NCBI GenBank assembly: GCA_045837725.1
Contig: JBEWZL010000149.1
Location: forward strand, 1-64,000
DNA: 64,000 nt
Direction of reading: 5' to 3'
DNA from: Vermamoeba vermiformis
Lineage: Eukaryota
This document shows, in pieces, positions 35,845-50,300 of this stretch. The position numbers were made by a program, and so were the translations under genes. Below the pieces are notes generated by a model that worked only from the letters and a program-made list of their open reading frames with translations, had not been told where the DNA came from and made no database searches. Position 1 is the stretch's first letter, and every line of letters begins with the position of its first letter.

Positions 35845-38800
35845 TCAAACATTAGTGTTGTTCGTCTGTTCTTCCGCGATATTGCCCAAACTAGTCGATC
35901 GTCTTAACGCCGCATTGCTTGCAACCAACGAAGTCAAACTGGATGTACGTACGAGCTGTGGTTTGTTGTCGGAGATAACAACTGTATTATCCTCGTTGAC
36001 ATCGTTGTTGCGAAGATACAATGCATGCTCAATCGTGTTGCGAACAACGAAACGAACAATGGTGATTTGTTTTGTTTGTCCTTGTCTGAATGCACGACCA
36101 ATGGCTTGTGACTCGATCGCTTGTGCTTCTTTCTTTGAACCTGTCACGGGATCTAAAGAACGTTAGCCACTCGCAGCCTTATAATATCATATAAGGTGTG
36201 TTACCCATTAATATGATGTGCGTCGCCTCTACCAAATTCGTTCCCGAAGCTGCATTCCTCAACGACAACATGATCACTTTAATCTCGTCCTCTTCTCTGA
36301 AACTCTTGATGGCACGAGTACGATTGTGGACATTACTGCATAAATGTTATTATTGATCAAAAAGGCAAATCTAATAAACTTACCCTTCCACAAATACATT
36401 ATCAATACCGTTCTCGTACAAAATGTCGGATACGGTGTTCAGAGTGTCAGTGAACTAATTAAGAATTAATGAATAAGAACGCCAATGCATTATTGATGGA
36501 CTTACTTGCGAGAAGAAGATAACGCGACTATTCGGCCTCTGAGCGAATAATTTTCTCAGATAAACGATCATTTGCGTCAATTTCGTTCCGTGCTTAACAA
36601 CCAGCTCCGCCAACTCGCCTTTTTTCTAAGAGTATTGTTTAATCCTGATACTTGCTAGTAAAAATGACTTACTGTACGGTCTTTAAAAGGAATAGTTTTT
36701 TCCAGGGCTGCCAAGACAAGTTTATCGTGCGCTAGTTGGTCTTCAGCCTCGGCAAGTTTTTTCTCTTTCTTTTTCCACAAATTTTGCGCGACGCCCTTCT
36801 CCAAGCCATTTCTCGTCGCTTCATAATCCTCCTTCGCCTTCGCAACTTCTTCCCTCAGACTGGGTATCCTCGCCTTGAGCGATGAGATAGAAGACTAACA
36901 AAAAAGGTCAGCGCTGACTGACAACAGTTGTTCAGTGGGCATAAGTCTTACTTTCTTCTTTTCGATTTCCCCCTTGCGTTTTTCGTCCAAGCTTTTCTTT
37001 TGAATCAACGAACCACAGAACTGTGACTTGGACTCTACGTGAATAAATGAATTAGAAACGCCATCACTCTTGCAGAGTCATCGTACCTTCATCGCGTGCA
37101 TCCGAGTACAAAGCTGACTCAATCTCGTCAAAGTCCATCAAAACCAAGTCCTCGACACATTCAGGGATTTGATACTCGCCCTTCACCGTCTCTTTCGTGT
37201 GTCTCCAGTATAACTCTCGCAGCATCAAGTCCGACAGGGCAGTTCTAAGTGCTGTTAGCACATCACGTAACAACATGGAAAACGTACTCTTGCTGTAAGC
37301 CGAAATTCCATCCAGTCATCATTATCTCGCCCTCCAAACTAATGCCTAAGAACTTGCGCACTCGCTTGTACATATCACTACCAGCTATATTAGTACAGTT
37401 TACAAGCGACGAACGTAACTTACATCTTTGGGAATGGAGTGCCCGTGACGTACCACGAGTACCGTGAAGAGAAGGCTGAAATTGTGTTCTCGTAAAATGG
37501 AACGGGCAAGACTTCATGACCTTCGTCCAGTACAATTCGGTGCCAATGAAAATGATCGATGATGGGCGACGAGCCTTTGGTCCAGTCCTTTTTCGTTTTG
37601 ATGCTCTACCCCTCGTTAGCAAAAGAGTACGTGCATTTGTTCGACTTACATCTAAGTACTGGGCCACCCAGGTAACTCTCTCGATCTCGCTGCCCTTCTT
37701 GACACTTTTGCTGGATGTAGCAGCACCGAGGTGAAAGTAGTTTTGATTTTGCAAGAATTGATACGACACGATCACCAAGTCACTATTTATGAAGTCTTCG
37801 TACGAGTATTTGCGATGTTGGGCGATAGTTGTTACGACAGCAACTTTGAGTTGAGGTGCTTTTGCTGCTTCAGCTTGCCATTGATGGGTCAAGTGACTCG
37901 GACATAGCACTACAAAACAACATTAGAATGACGGTAATTTAAACAGGTGAGCTTACCAAGAGTAGCCTTCGAGTTGATTAAATGAGCGTGTTCGGTAACG
38001 TCGGCAGGAGCAGGGTTAGAAAGGATTAAACCAACAACTGTGGTGGCGTTGCCGTTAGCTTACTTGCAATCAAACCATTGTCATACCTTCAAGAGTTTTT
38101 CCAAGACCCATTTCATCAGCCAATACGCCACCTTTGGGTTTGGCGATCTCAACGTACTTGATCAACTCTTTAGCTATGCGTTTATAATGTACGTCGAAAA
38201 TGAGATCAGTCTTCGCGATACGCCATGGGTAAGCATTAAAGTACGGCAAACCTGGTGGACTATAATCAGCCTTGGTTCCAGCACTATAAGGTATCGATTG
38301 GCCTTACCTTCCGTATTATCTTCAACAGATTTCATCCAGGCAATTGCGTCAAGCTGATATTTGTACAATTTGATTTCATCGTTGAATCCTTCAGGCTGTT
38401 GTTGCGCCGTAAATGTTTTCTATGCTGTTGTTAGATTCGAGCTCCTAGTAACGAAGCGAGTTACTTACGCGTGGAATAGAGGACTGTTTGGCTGAACTAA
38501 TCTGTTGAAGTTTGCGACAAAAATCAAGCTCTACGAGGGTATAAATAAACTTAATGCCCGGCACTGCCTTCTTAACTTGCACCAATTTTTCCAACCTGAT
38601 TTACACATTAATGAGATAATCACCATGACACATCTTACTTACACTTTGATATTAATTTCAATATCCAGGAACCAAAATCTCACATCATTATCCTCGTCAT
38701 CTTCATCGTCGTTGGGAATTTGAAATTCGCCTTCTTTGATTTGATTGATCGTACACGGTCGAATTCGGTAGTGCCACAGGTCAGGATTATTGTTGAGATC

Positions 38801-39862
38801 TTTGCACGGAGGGAGAAAGTTACCGAAATTGTATTGCATGTTTACGGTTGGCGGAAAAATATCTGCAAAGGCAACTACATCTCGGTTACTGTCGCGCAAT
38901 TTGATGAGACGCCCACACGTGTAACCCTCTTCGACACTGTCTTCAGGATTATCTTCCGCCCAACTGAGCCACCGCATATTTTTACTATAGTGGATCGTGA
39001 CAGGCTTGCCAGGGTGTTTTTTCATGTAAGAGTTGTAACAAGCCCGTTCCCATGCAGTCTGTTCTCCTTTCGTACGAAAATGATTATTTCTTCTTCCTCC
39101 CTTCTTTCGTTCAGGGTCTGTTTAGCGATAAAAATTAGTATGTTTTGCGATCTGAATTTGACCGTCAGTTGTGTTTGCTTCTGAGAAGGCAATCGTCCGA
39201 AAGTCAAAGTCAAAAAGTGAGCCGAAAGTGAGCTTACCTTCGTACGCAGAGTACGTATCCATTTTTTCTCGCAAAGTTAACGTGAGCGCAAGGTGCCAGC
39301 CAAGCGATTGATCATTGCTCAAGCGATACCACTGACGACACGCTAAAGCAACTGAATACATCTCACGTCTCTTCAAATACGATAATATCTGAAGAATCAA
39401 CTCGTCAGGTAGGGTATACTCTTCGTCTTCAAATCGTGTTGCTATTTGACGTTGCTCTTTGAGTGTTGTCAAGCGCTGCAGAGCTTTTTCTTTTTGAGCT
39501 AGATCTTCGGCAATTTTGATCGAGTCATCAGCAGTAACTGTATTCGTTACAATTTTAGACACTGCTACTTTTTTAGCTCGGCGTGAAGGGCGCCCTGAAT
39601 CAACTGTCGATGTTTGATCCATCAAATCATTTTCGGCGGTTGTTGCAACATTAGTGTCACTATTATTTTGTGATTTGATATCATTATTATTAACAACCGA
39701 CTTGCTAATTTTTGGCACTTTAGAATTTCTTTCTTTTTTTTCTGGTTCAATTTTCGCTTTCTTTTTAGGTCGATCTTCTTCCTGGTTGACTGGATCCTTC
39801 TCAATTTCCTCCGCCTTTCGCTTCTCGGCTAATCTGCCTGATACCCTCGTTTTGGGTGGCAT
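35845..39862 (-). CDS. F-box / SNF2-family helicase, paralog 3
   Basis: TLPDELILQILSYL..CRQW; GGVLADEMGLGKTLE; VLDEGHE; ESQAIGRAFRQGQ. Confidence 0.88.
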
Positions 39863-40325
39863 TTCTGGTGGTCAACTGTAGTTCTTCGAAAAATGATCGT
39901 TTTTTATCAATGCAAAAAGGTTATTCGCGACAACGCCGTCTTTTCATCACAACTTATCGATGCATCACAACACACCGTGCATAATTTATACAAACTTTTG
40001 CAAATCTCAAATAACGAACGTTTACATCCATTCTTAGGGCGCAGAATGGGAATAATGGATCTAAAACTTGCCCGTTACTCGTTTGTTCGGTAAGGAAAAC
40101 TCCACGAAAGCATGCAGTGCTTAAATAACAAACGGCAATATTAAATCGAAGCAAAGCAAAGATTTATTTTGGAAATATCATTTGGATTTGAACTAAAAAT
40201 TCAATTTTTCTCTCGTGGTCCTCGCGGTTCGATACTATTTAATAAGTTTTATTTGCGACACATAATTATTTAAATTTTCGAACAATCGGATCAAGCACAA
40301 CTTACTTGACTCTAATCCGAAAACC

Positions 40326-41491
40326 ATGCCCAAAAACAAGGGAAAATATGGCTGCCATTGTCGCGGCACCTGTCCAACTAACTTCTATGTGCCCGCGATG
40401 CCTACGACTTTCATAGATTCGCGAGGCCAGGACTGGCCCACAAGAAGAAAAGGCCTCAAAATTATGTGGCTTTATGACTGGTCAATATTATTAGCCCTTG
40501 CTGCTTTAATCGTCGGTCTCCGTTTCGTCAACGCACCGACTCACTGGTTCCGATTGGACGATCCAGAACTTGCGTAAGTAAATGAGAATTAACAAGGCTA
40601 TTTTCCGCTCCGCAACTAACGATAAATCACAATTAGATACCCTGATGTGCCTGAAACCTTCTCTGCCACTTCTTCTATGGCTATTTCCGTCGCTATCCCT
40701 GTGTTCTTCATTGTTATCACTCAGATCTGGATCCGTGACGCGCGATATTTCTACCACGCAATCGTTGCGTTAGCGCAAGCTCTTCGTAAGTTTAATCGAA
40801 CCAAACAATGGCATATGCATAGCTAACAATATGCGGATAGTATTGGCATTCGTGTTTGTGTCACTGCTTTGGGCCACTGTTGGTGGTCTGCGTCCTCGAT
40901 TCTACGCCGACTGCAAGCCCGACTTTAGCAAGGCAGTTCCGGGACAAGTGTACTACAACATCTCTATTTGCACAGGTCTCGGTGGTCAAGGTGGATCCAA
41001 CAACTTCGTCGGGGCCACTCCAACGGAAGGGTACGCAAACAAAACTCCGCGAAATTTCCGCAAATTTGCTAATCGAATCTTGTATCCTCAGATTTCCTAG
41101 CGGCCACGCTGCAAACGCAATCGGAGCCACACTGTTCGCCGTCATTTATTTGAACGCAGTGCTCAAGACTTACGACGGTTTCGCTCACTTCTGGAAGCTC
41201 GTGTTATCCGTTGGCATCATCTTCTTCGGAGTTTATGTCTGCTTAACGCGATGGTTGGACTTCAGACACAACCCTTGGCAAATTTTCTGGGGCATGGTCA
41301 TTGGCATTCTTGCAACTTTAATTAGCTATCGCTTGCATTATGCATCAGTTTGGGGCCCTGACAACCACATTCCTTATCACGTGCTCTGGCGACAATACTA
41401 CGCCAACAAGGGCAAGAAATTGAATGAGTCGAGAAACCCGAATGACCCTACGATGGATAACGCTAACAGCGTTGCATTGAACAATGTCTAA
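40326..41491 (+). CDS. PAP2-family lipid phosphate phosphatase
   Basis: VGGLRPRFYADC, FPSGHA and TRWLDFRHNPWQI motifs with TM segments. Confidence 0.88.
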
Positions 41492-41600
41492 ATACTATGA
41501 CTTGTAAATGTTGTAAATAACTAATTATTTAAACTAAATTATAATTATGCGAATACTTGTTATTCTAATTACATTTTATTTACTTGTTGCTTTTGTATTG

Positions 41601-44600
41601 TTAGTTGTCTATATCAACATCGACGTCCATATCGTCATCAACTAGTGGCGGGACATCAGCTTCAGTGTACTTGAGCGCTGTGTCAGTGCTTTGACTGGCA
41701 GTACTTGTGTTCGTAGGCGTTGATGAAATGTCCATTACATGTGAATTGCTCGTGCTCAGCGCGGCTTGATTGGTCGGTGCTGCTGTGTCCGTCGCAGGAG
41801 CATTGTTCGTACTTGTAGCGCCACTAGCACCCGTAGTACCACTAGTACCACTAGTACCAGTAGTTTGTTGCGTGCTCGCTGAGGTTGCACTGGTGTTCTC
41901 AGGAATAGGGTCCAAAGGTGAGTGTTCAACGTTGTCAATTTGTTTGACCAAGGCAATTTGGTCCTATTAAAATACATTAGAAAACGCTCGTGTGGTACGA
42001 AATAGTGGTCGCTCACCTTGCACTCGGTCTTCAGTCTTCGGAACATCTCTTGTGTGCGAGTCAATGCTGAGTCATAACGGTCCTCATCGAGATCTGAAAG
42101 CCATTAACAATGCATCCAGCAGTAAATCATTATCAAATGATAGTTACCCTTAATCGTGGGCAGGATCCAGTTGGCAGGCATTTCTTTCTTCACGTCGGGA
42201 TTTAACAAAGCTTCTCCAACAATCTCTAAGCGGTCGTAGACTACGAGGGTTAAATACTGCAATGAGCTACAGATATCGATGACACTTACTCTTAGTCGGG
42301 AACGAGCCTTGTTGGAATGTAACTTCGTTCAAGAACGCATCACGCAAGTGCACCAAGAACGGATCGTTTTCACTGAAAGAGTGAGTGACGCACGTGATGA
42401 GGTCGTCGAACATGTTGACAAGAACGGGCTCAAGTGGGTCTTTCAAGGCCTCAGCTTTGATGTGCTGCATGAGGTGCGGTTAGTATAATCTTCTTCAACA
42501 CAGGCTCCGAGAAGTACTTACTAAGGCAAACACTTTAATGAGGTCCAAAATGTCTGTTCGGCGAGCTTTCTCGAACTCAATAGTCTCGTTCTTCTTTTTA
42601 GCGCTGTACAGTGCCTTCAGGGCGTCTGTCCACTTCTTATCGAAGAAGGCAGTCAGAGCGTTAGAAACGAGCAAGAAGACCTGTTTGAACTTGTCGTGCT
42701 CGGACCGCAATGACTGTACAACTTTGGGGTCAAGACTCAACTCGACTGCTTGACGCATGTGTTCTTCGGGTATTTGTTGCAGTGCCAAGTTAAACGCTTT
42801 AGACTCAAGGTCTTTCTGTATTCACACGCCGTTAGCACGTGTCGCAATTAACATATGGCGAGCACTTACGTCAATACCACGCTCGAACACAATAGTCCAA
42901 TGATCTCGCACGGAACAAGCTTTCATTTGGTCGCGCATACCAATGCTCTCGAGGAAAGCGTAGAAACTACAATAGGGATTAGTTATATAGCTATGAGTAC
43001 GTGTACCAGGGTTTACCTCTTGACTCGCAGATCGCGTTCAAGGTTAGAAGTTGCAGCGTAATCAATGGCCTGCTGCACTTTGTTCTGATATCGCTCAGCC
43101 AATCGCTTGACCTTGCTCTCATCAGTGTTCTTAGTGAAGTTCTCCAAGGTCTCGCTGAATTTCTTGTTGGACTCCTCGACCTCTTTCTGTACAGCATTCC
43201 CAGTTAGACAAGCCCCCACTGTTGCTCATTATACACTTGACTTACCTTCAAATACTCGGGCATCATGGCCTCGTAATCAACGCCCTTAGCAGCCTCCTCA
43301 GCGAACTCTTTGCTCACATAAATCTATTGCGTGTTAGTGCTGATCAACGTGAAACGTATCTTTCATCGCACTTACCAAGAAATAAGCAGACACGCCAGAA
43401 TTCGAACCACCAATAGCGTCTTCAAAAACTGTCTTCTCGTCGACGTCAGAAACAAAGACGTCGTTGAACTTGCGCCACTTGTTGGCCTTAAAGTCACGCA
43501 AGTACGCCCAGTAGTGGCCCGTCGTAGCAACACCTGAGTGAATCCACACAGCGAACAACTCGTACGGTGTTTTGTTCATGTCGTCGTACGCAGTGTTGAT
43601 GTTCTTGCGGAGGATTTGAGACTCGCCTTGAAGCGCTAAACGAACAATTGTGAGGTGTTGAAAGTTAGTACGTTAACAATAGTAATCTACCTTTCAAGGA
43701 AGCAGATTCGTTGTATTGACAGTGCCTCAAGAACTCCAAGTGTGGTTGCAAATCGATGCCGTTGCCGCTCTTATTCTCAGCGGCCTTATCGCTCAAGTAA
43801 CTAATGCAGCACTCGAGTGCAGTATCCAAGGAGACTCCCTTGCCCTACAATCACGTGTCAGAAAATAAACGCATAAAAGGAGCTCTGTTACGTGTTAGTA
43901 CCTTGTAGTTCATTGAGCCAGCAATACGTTGCTCGACTTCCTTGAGCTGTTTGCGCCACTGATTGACAATCTCTCGTCGCTTGGTGGTCTCAGCACGATT
44001 TTGAATTGAGTATCGGTCCATGAACAATTCTTTCGGGAAGTCTAACGGGGCTGTAATCTTTTCATAGTCCTTCTTTTGGGCATTGAACTGCACTCTCTGA
44101 ACAAACAGCACTATTAACACGAGTACAAATACTATATGAAATAGGGCTTACACTTTGTTGGAACATCAATACAGGAGGCAATCGTTGAATCCACTTTGAC
44201 GTGTGCGCACGTGTTTTGAAGCCATTTGCGGTCGTATAATCAACCTCATCCAACAAATAACCCTCTAAACTAGCGTGCACATCTTCATAGCTCTCACCGA
44301 CAGGCAGGATCTACGTTACAATTGTTCGTTAGTGCCGTATTTTTGCATATTATCAATAGACTTACAAAGTTGGAAAACTCGGAGTCAACGCGCTGTTCGA
44401 TGATTGAACCATCAGCTTCGGTGGCATTAAAAAACTCAACGGCGTCATTATAGAACATTCTAAGACAATGTCAGTAGTAGTCTTGACTACGGCATCATGC
44501 TAGTAAGTACTTACTGTTTAGTGAATTTTCGTCGTTCAGGTGCGGCGCTTTCTTCCGGAGAAACCAATTCTAAAGCCTTTTCAATTCGTTGCAAAAACAA

Positions 44601-45860
44601 ATCGCTGAATTCTGTGTATTTCAAATCATCATTAGCTCAGCTTAAAAATTTAATACTAATAAACTACTTACCTGACACGTCTTCTTGAGCACCAATTTTA
44701 ACGATATTTCCGTTGTTGTCAACGATGCTCTTCAAAAAGTTCGACGGATCGACCCACTTTTGGTTCGTGCGAATCAAATTACCAAACAGTCTTTGCAATT
44801 CTTTCATGACTACAAATTTGGTTATTCATTTGCTCAACAAAAATTAGTGAACGAACTTACAGTTCTTAGTATCGTTATCTTTGTTATCAGGACCTTCTAA
44901 TTTTTGTATCGGGTACGATAATATAGTTTTGCAAATTTGAGGAGTAAACAAGTAGGTCTGAATGAACGAGTTGAAATAGCACGTGTTTCCAACATTCTGA
45001 ATACCAGCCGGACTATTGAATTGTTAGTTATATATAATGGTGCTATTAGTGTAGGTCTTACACTCCCTCTTCTCGTTGTCTCTTAGTCGGATCTTGGTTT
45101 ACAATTTGATAAACATCAGGAGTAGTCGATTGAATTGACGCTGAAATTGCTTTTTGCAATTGAGCATCCTCCTATAATAATAACGATGATAAAGTAGGAA
45201 TTAAAGGGATTTTTCTGAATTTTTGCGTACAGCTGAAAGGCCCGGGATCTCGGCAATGCCTGCATCAACTTCCATTTGGTTGGATTGGCGACTTAAATCA
45301 AGTGCACGTTGTAAGTCTGCATCGACGCTCATTTGAATCGCTTTTTGTAAGTCTGCATCTGAAGAAGCACTGAAACGAAAATGACCGAGTGAATAAAGAT
45401 CATTCAAAATTTAATTTAAAAAAAAGCATCATTGTTTTCTAGCATACCCTGCAGGAGGCCCAGCTGCACCGGAGTCTGCGTTAATAAACAAAATTAAATT
45501 GAATTTCCACAGTAAAATTTCGTCAGATGCTTTAAATTACCTCCACGAGTGGCCTATAACGCAAAATTAATACCCAAAAAAATGTAAAAATATTGAGGAT
45601 AATTACCGGCGCTCTAGTAAGCTCATCAATACAGTTGTTAATTTCATTATTGTGCTTCTAAAAAGAATATTAGAAAAACTTTTCGTGGCCTTCATGCAAT
45701 CGTACTATTAACAACTCTCTAGCCCTTTTCTCTGACAATTGAAAGCTATCGACCAGTAGCTGAATATATCCTGGATTAGGTTCGACTTGTTTGCCCTAGC
45801 GTCTAACCATTAGATCAGAACAGCAGTGAGAACTTGACCTACCCTATCACCGACAGTCAT
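41601..45860 (-). CDS. Ubiquitin-specific protease with UBA-like and UIM motifs (USP25/28-like)
   Basis: UIM-like DADLQKAIQMS and DADLQRALDLS; Cys box GIQNVGNTCYFNSFIQ; QEDVSEF; His box HSGVATTGHYWAY...WRKFND. Confidence 0.88.
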
Positions 45861-46205
45861 TGTAGACGTGTTAAGTTTAAAAGTTGTATTGAGAAATGCT
45901 GCGTGGGAGAACGGAAATTTGGAATTGGGTTGACAGAAATCTCCGTGGCGAGAGATAAAATTAATTTGATGTCCGAAATAATAATCGAAATTAATGGGAA
46001 TAACCCATACCTTCCTTTCGCTTAGTATATTGCGTGCTGGGGTATTTATGCATTAATAGTAGAAGCGAAACGAAGCGCATCTGACACACAAAAATCTTTT
46101 TTAATTTTGTTTTTTTATTGAAGTACAAGGAACCGTCTTGAAGACGCAGTTCCATATTAGAGAAACATTTTCTATATTTGTTACAATAAAGAAAAGTTTA
46201 GCTGC

Positions 46206-46897
46206 TTAGTAACCTTGTTCGATCAAGTAGTCAGCCAACTTCTCGACGGTGTTGGCGCATTGACCGGGTTGAATCTTATCGTTGTAAACACCAACGAGGA
46301 CGGCCTTGCCAGTCTTGACGCAAACAATACCAGCGGCACCCTAATTAAAAGAGAATCTTTTTTTAGCAAATTGTTTTTCGAGATGAAGCTAGATTTAAAT
46401 TAAATGGAAAAAATATTTAATTCAATTTTGAGCAATAATTACCTTCTTGCCGTAGACGGAGCGCTCGTCAGCACGGAGAGTGATGTAGTGAACACCACCA
46501 ACGTTGAAGCCAGAGGCACGAATACCGTTGGCATCCTTGAAGGCAGCAACAAGGGTCTTAATTTCGGGGGCTTGGACCTACGAGGTAAATTCCGTTAGTA
46601 TGTTATGTTTTTCAAAATATCAAGCGAGTAAAAGGCAGAAATTAAAGTTAAATTTCAGGATACTCGAGATGAAAAAATAATGGCAAAACTTTCAATTCGA
46701 CGCGAGTTTAGGAAAGCTGAATTTACTGCGCTCGCGATAATTGAAATAAAAAGGTTCGTGGCTCGTAAATGTGTGTTCAAACTTACGGTCAAACCGGGAG
46801 TAGCAGCCCAAACACCACCTTCTTGGCCGAGGATGGCTCCTTGAGTAACAGTCTTGGTGCCAACCAAGTTGTTATCGACGTATGCTTGCCAGCTCAT
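46206..46897 (-). CDS. Profilin
   Basis: Three exons: MSWQAYVDNNLVGTKTVTQGAILG...HYITLRADERSVYGKK|GAAGIVCVKTGKAVLVGVYNDKIQPGQCANTVEKLADYLIEQGY*. Confidence 0.95.
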
Positions 46898-47333
46898 TGT
46901 TGTTGTGTGTTAGATTGAAGTTTAGGGTTTGTAAAATTAGAAAGTCAAAAACCAAAAAAAATCTTTGTCTCTCGCAATCTCCTGATTTTTGCCGGTCAAA
47001 TTTCATTTTTGACGGCCAAAAGCGCAGCCAATCAGGTTCAGGCTCTAAACACGCTTCTATGTGAACTGGGAGATTTTAGTTTGTGATTGCCTATTGATAT
47101 CAACAATTAAATTTATGTACCATAGATTCGATATACAGCATTACTTTGAATTGGTTGTGGGTGGTCCAAACAATTATGAAAATTATGCCCAGGTCGCAAC
47201 CATAAAAAAAAGGTACGCTGAGGTCGACTCCGTGTGTCTACAACATGAAAATTCGGCGACGGAAACTACCGACCCGTGCCGCGAGTTGTGGCCATTTTTT
47301 TGATTACCACCCTGCATCGATAAACCACAAACA

Positions 47334-50300
47334 ATGGTTGCAGATTGGAAGCCCGAAAAAACCCACGCGTTACAGGAGGTTAAGATAACGCAAACGTTTG
47401 AACTTCCTGCTCAAACTATTTCGTCCGTGATCCATTCCCGTTCTGTTGACGAATTGAAAGGGATCGGTGGACCGGATACAATAGCTGGTCTACTGCAGAC
47501 GGATCTACAACATGGCATACCCTCGGCTGAAGCGACCAACGACTATGAGGAGCGCATTCAAACGTAATTACACATTTTACCTCCAAACGTCACGTCAGAT
47601 CTATTTATTGAAAATTGTAAAATTAATTACCCGGTTCTTATTATCTAATTGTTCTTTATGGAAGCTACGGAAGGAACGTGTACCGTACGATCCCTCCCAA
47701 ATCGATCTGGTTTTTGCTTTGGGATGCCTACAAAGATGTGATCAACATTGTGTTCACCGTCGCTGCAGTTGTCTCTCTTGTTCTCGGCATTCTCATCGAC
47801 AACCACGTTATTCCTTCGAACACTGAAGATGATACTGGCCCTCAGTGGGTTGAAGGAGTCGCAATTATGGTTGTTGTGGTCATTATTGTGCTGGTCACGG
47901 TAAGCGCTTTGTATTTCATATCAAACTACAATATTGGTCTCATTTAATTTATTACAGTCTATTAACAACTGGAGTAAAGATCGCCAATTCCGAAAATTAA
48001 ATGAAGCCCGAACGGATGTGCTCGTCAAAGTTGTGCGTGGAGGATTTGATTCTGAAATACACGTGTCAAAGTTGCTTGTTGGAGATATCGCCAAGATCGA
48101 ACAAGGCGATGCGATTCCTGCTGACGGCATTTACATATCGGGATTTAATTTAGTGATGGACGAATCCAGTATCACAGGTGAATCGGATGGGGTACCGAAA
48201 TCAGAAGCCGCACCGTTTATAAGTATGACCTATCATATTGTTTCGAAGCTTGACTAATTTGGACTGTTTCCAGTTTCTGGAAGCTCGGTGACAGAAGGAT
48301 CCGGTAAAATGTTGGTTATGCAAGTCGGTTCCCGTTCAGGTATTCATTAAATTTTCATTGCATAACAAACATATTTACGATATAACCAGAATGGGGTGCT
48401 ATGATGGAGGAGCTACAGCAAGAGGAAGAGGAAACGCCGCTCCAAGAAAATTTGGAGAAACTTGCTCTCCTCATTGGTAAAATCGCTCTCATAGCTGCGT
48501 CTGTAGTATTCGTCGTACTGTTAGTATGGTGGATCGCTACCGAGGCTGCTCAGAAGCCATGGGAGTGGGGCAACATCGTTGACATCGTTGGCTTTTTCAT
48601 CGTGTCAGGCAAGTTGTTTATAAATTATTCTTCTTATCTCAGCTCTAATATTATAATATTAAATAGTCACTATTTTCGTTGTGGCCGTTCCCGAAGGTCT
48701 CCCTCTTGCCGTTACAATCAGTTTAGCGTACGACACCTCCGGCGTCAAAAAAATATTTTAAAATTAACAAATATTTATTTAGCTATTCTGTCGTGCAAAT
48801 GCTCAAAGATAATAACCTGGTCAGACATCTTGCGGCATGCGAGACGATGGGAGAGGTTACTACGATTTGCTCCGATAAAACAGGAACTCTGACACAAAAC
48901 AAAATGACAGTCGTAGAAGTAAGTGATTAAATTAAACTTAGTAGGCTCGTATTAATATTGTCGGCAGGGCTATATAAGTGACCATCAGTTCAATGCTGAA
49001 GAGCGCTTGAATTTTCCTACAAAATCGCTCGATTGGTTTGTTTCCAGCGTTGCAGTCAATTCGAAGGCTCACATCAATCGCACTGATGAAGGTGTTGCGG
49101 AGTTCATTGGCAACAAGACAGAGTGTGCATTACTTCTGTTCAACGATGACAAACTTCATTACAATTACAAAGAAATTCGTGCTGCGCACGAGGTTATTGA
49201 CTTGTAAGTTTATCTCCATTTAATGTATGAACGCCTTATTGATGTCGAATAGGTTCGACTTCTCGTCAGCGAGGAAAAGGATGACTACCGTTGCTAGACA
49301 ATCAACATCACAGGCGACAGTTCTCTTTATGAAGGGAGCACCTGAAGTGATCTTGGAACGAAGTTCGTTCTTTTATAATATGAACGGAGAGGTTCAAGAG
49401 ATGAACAACGTGCACAGGAACAAATTCCAACAAGATGTAGATAATATGGCGAACAAAGGTAAGTCCAACAAGACCTCGTTCAAAGTTTGGTTTTAACACG
49501 TCTTGCAGCACTACGTACGCTAGCCATTGCAATGAAAGAGCTTCCTAATGGCTATAGCCGAGAGGGTGTTGATCTTAACGAGCTCGAATCGAATGTAGTA
49601 CTTCTTGGCATTGTTGGCATTGAGGTAAAACCAGTCGTGTTGCTGTTACAAATACGTTTTGCTGACCTTTCTTAGGATCCTCTTCGAGACGGAGTCACGC
49701 AGTCTATTACAGAATGTAAAGGTGCTGGTATCAATGTACGCATGGTTACCGGTGATAACGTCAAAACTGCTACCGAGATCGCGACCAGATGCGGAATTTT
49801 AACCGCTGAAGGTCTCGTGCTCGAAGGCCCTGAGTTTGAAAAGATGACAGATCAAGAACTAGAGGAGTTGTTACCTCGTCTACAAGTTCTTGCAAGATCA
49901 AGACCCCATGATAAACTTCGATTAGTCCAACTGTAAGTCACATCCAAGTCGGAGTAGTGGAATTGGCTTACTAATCTTTCATTAGTCTCAAAGCAGCTGG
50001 TGAGATCGTCGCGGTGACCGGCGATGGTACCAACGATGCACTAGCGTTGAATGAAGCAAATATTGGCCTAGCGATGGGTATCGCGGGTTCTTCTGTGGCC
50101 AAAGAAGCAGCCGACATTATCATTTTGGATGATAACTTCCTCTCAATCGTTAAAGCCGTTCTATGGGGCAGGTCTATCTACAACAATATTCAAAAGTTTT
50201 TACAGTTCCAGTTGACTGTGAACTTGGTACGTGCGATCTGGATGTGACTTTGACTCGATACTCATCTTCGCTATTATTAGTCTGCTTTAGTTGTTGCTGT

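Noticed and set aside
45744-45761. AGCTA-N8-TAGCT in the USP gene
   Set aside because: Wrong spacer length, lies in a coding exon and lacks the paired A-/T-tracts; probably chance.
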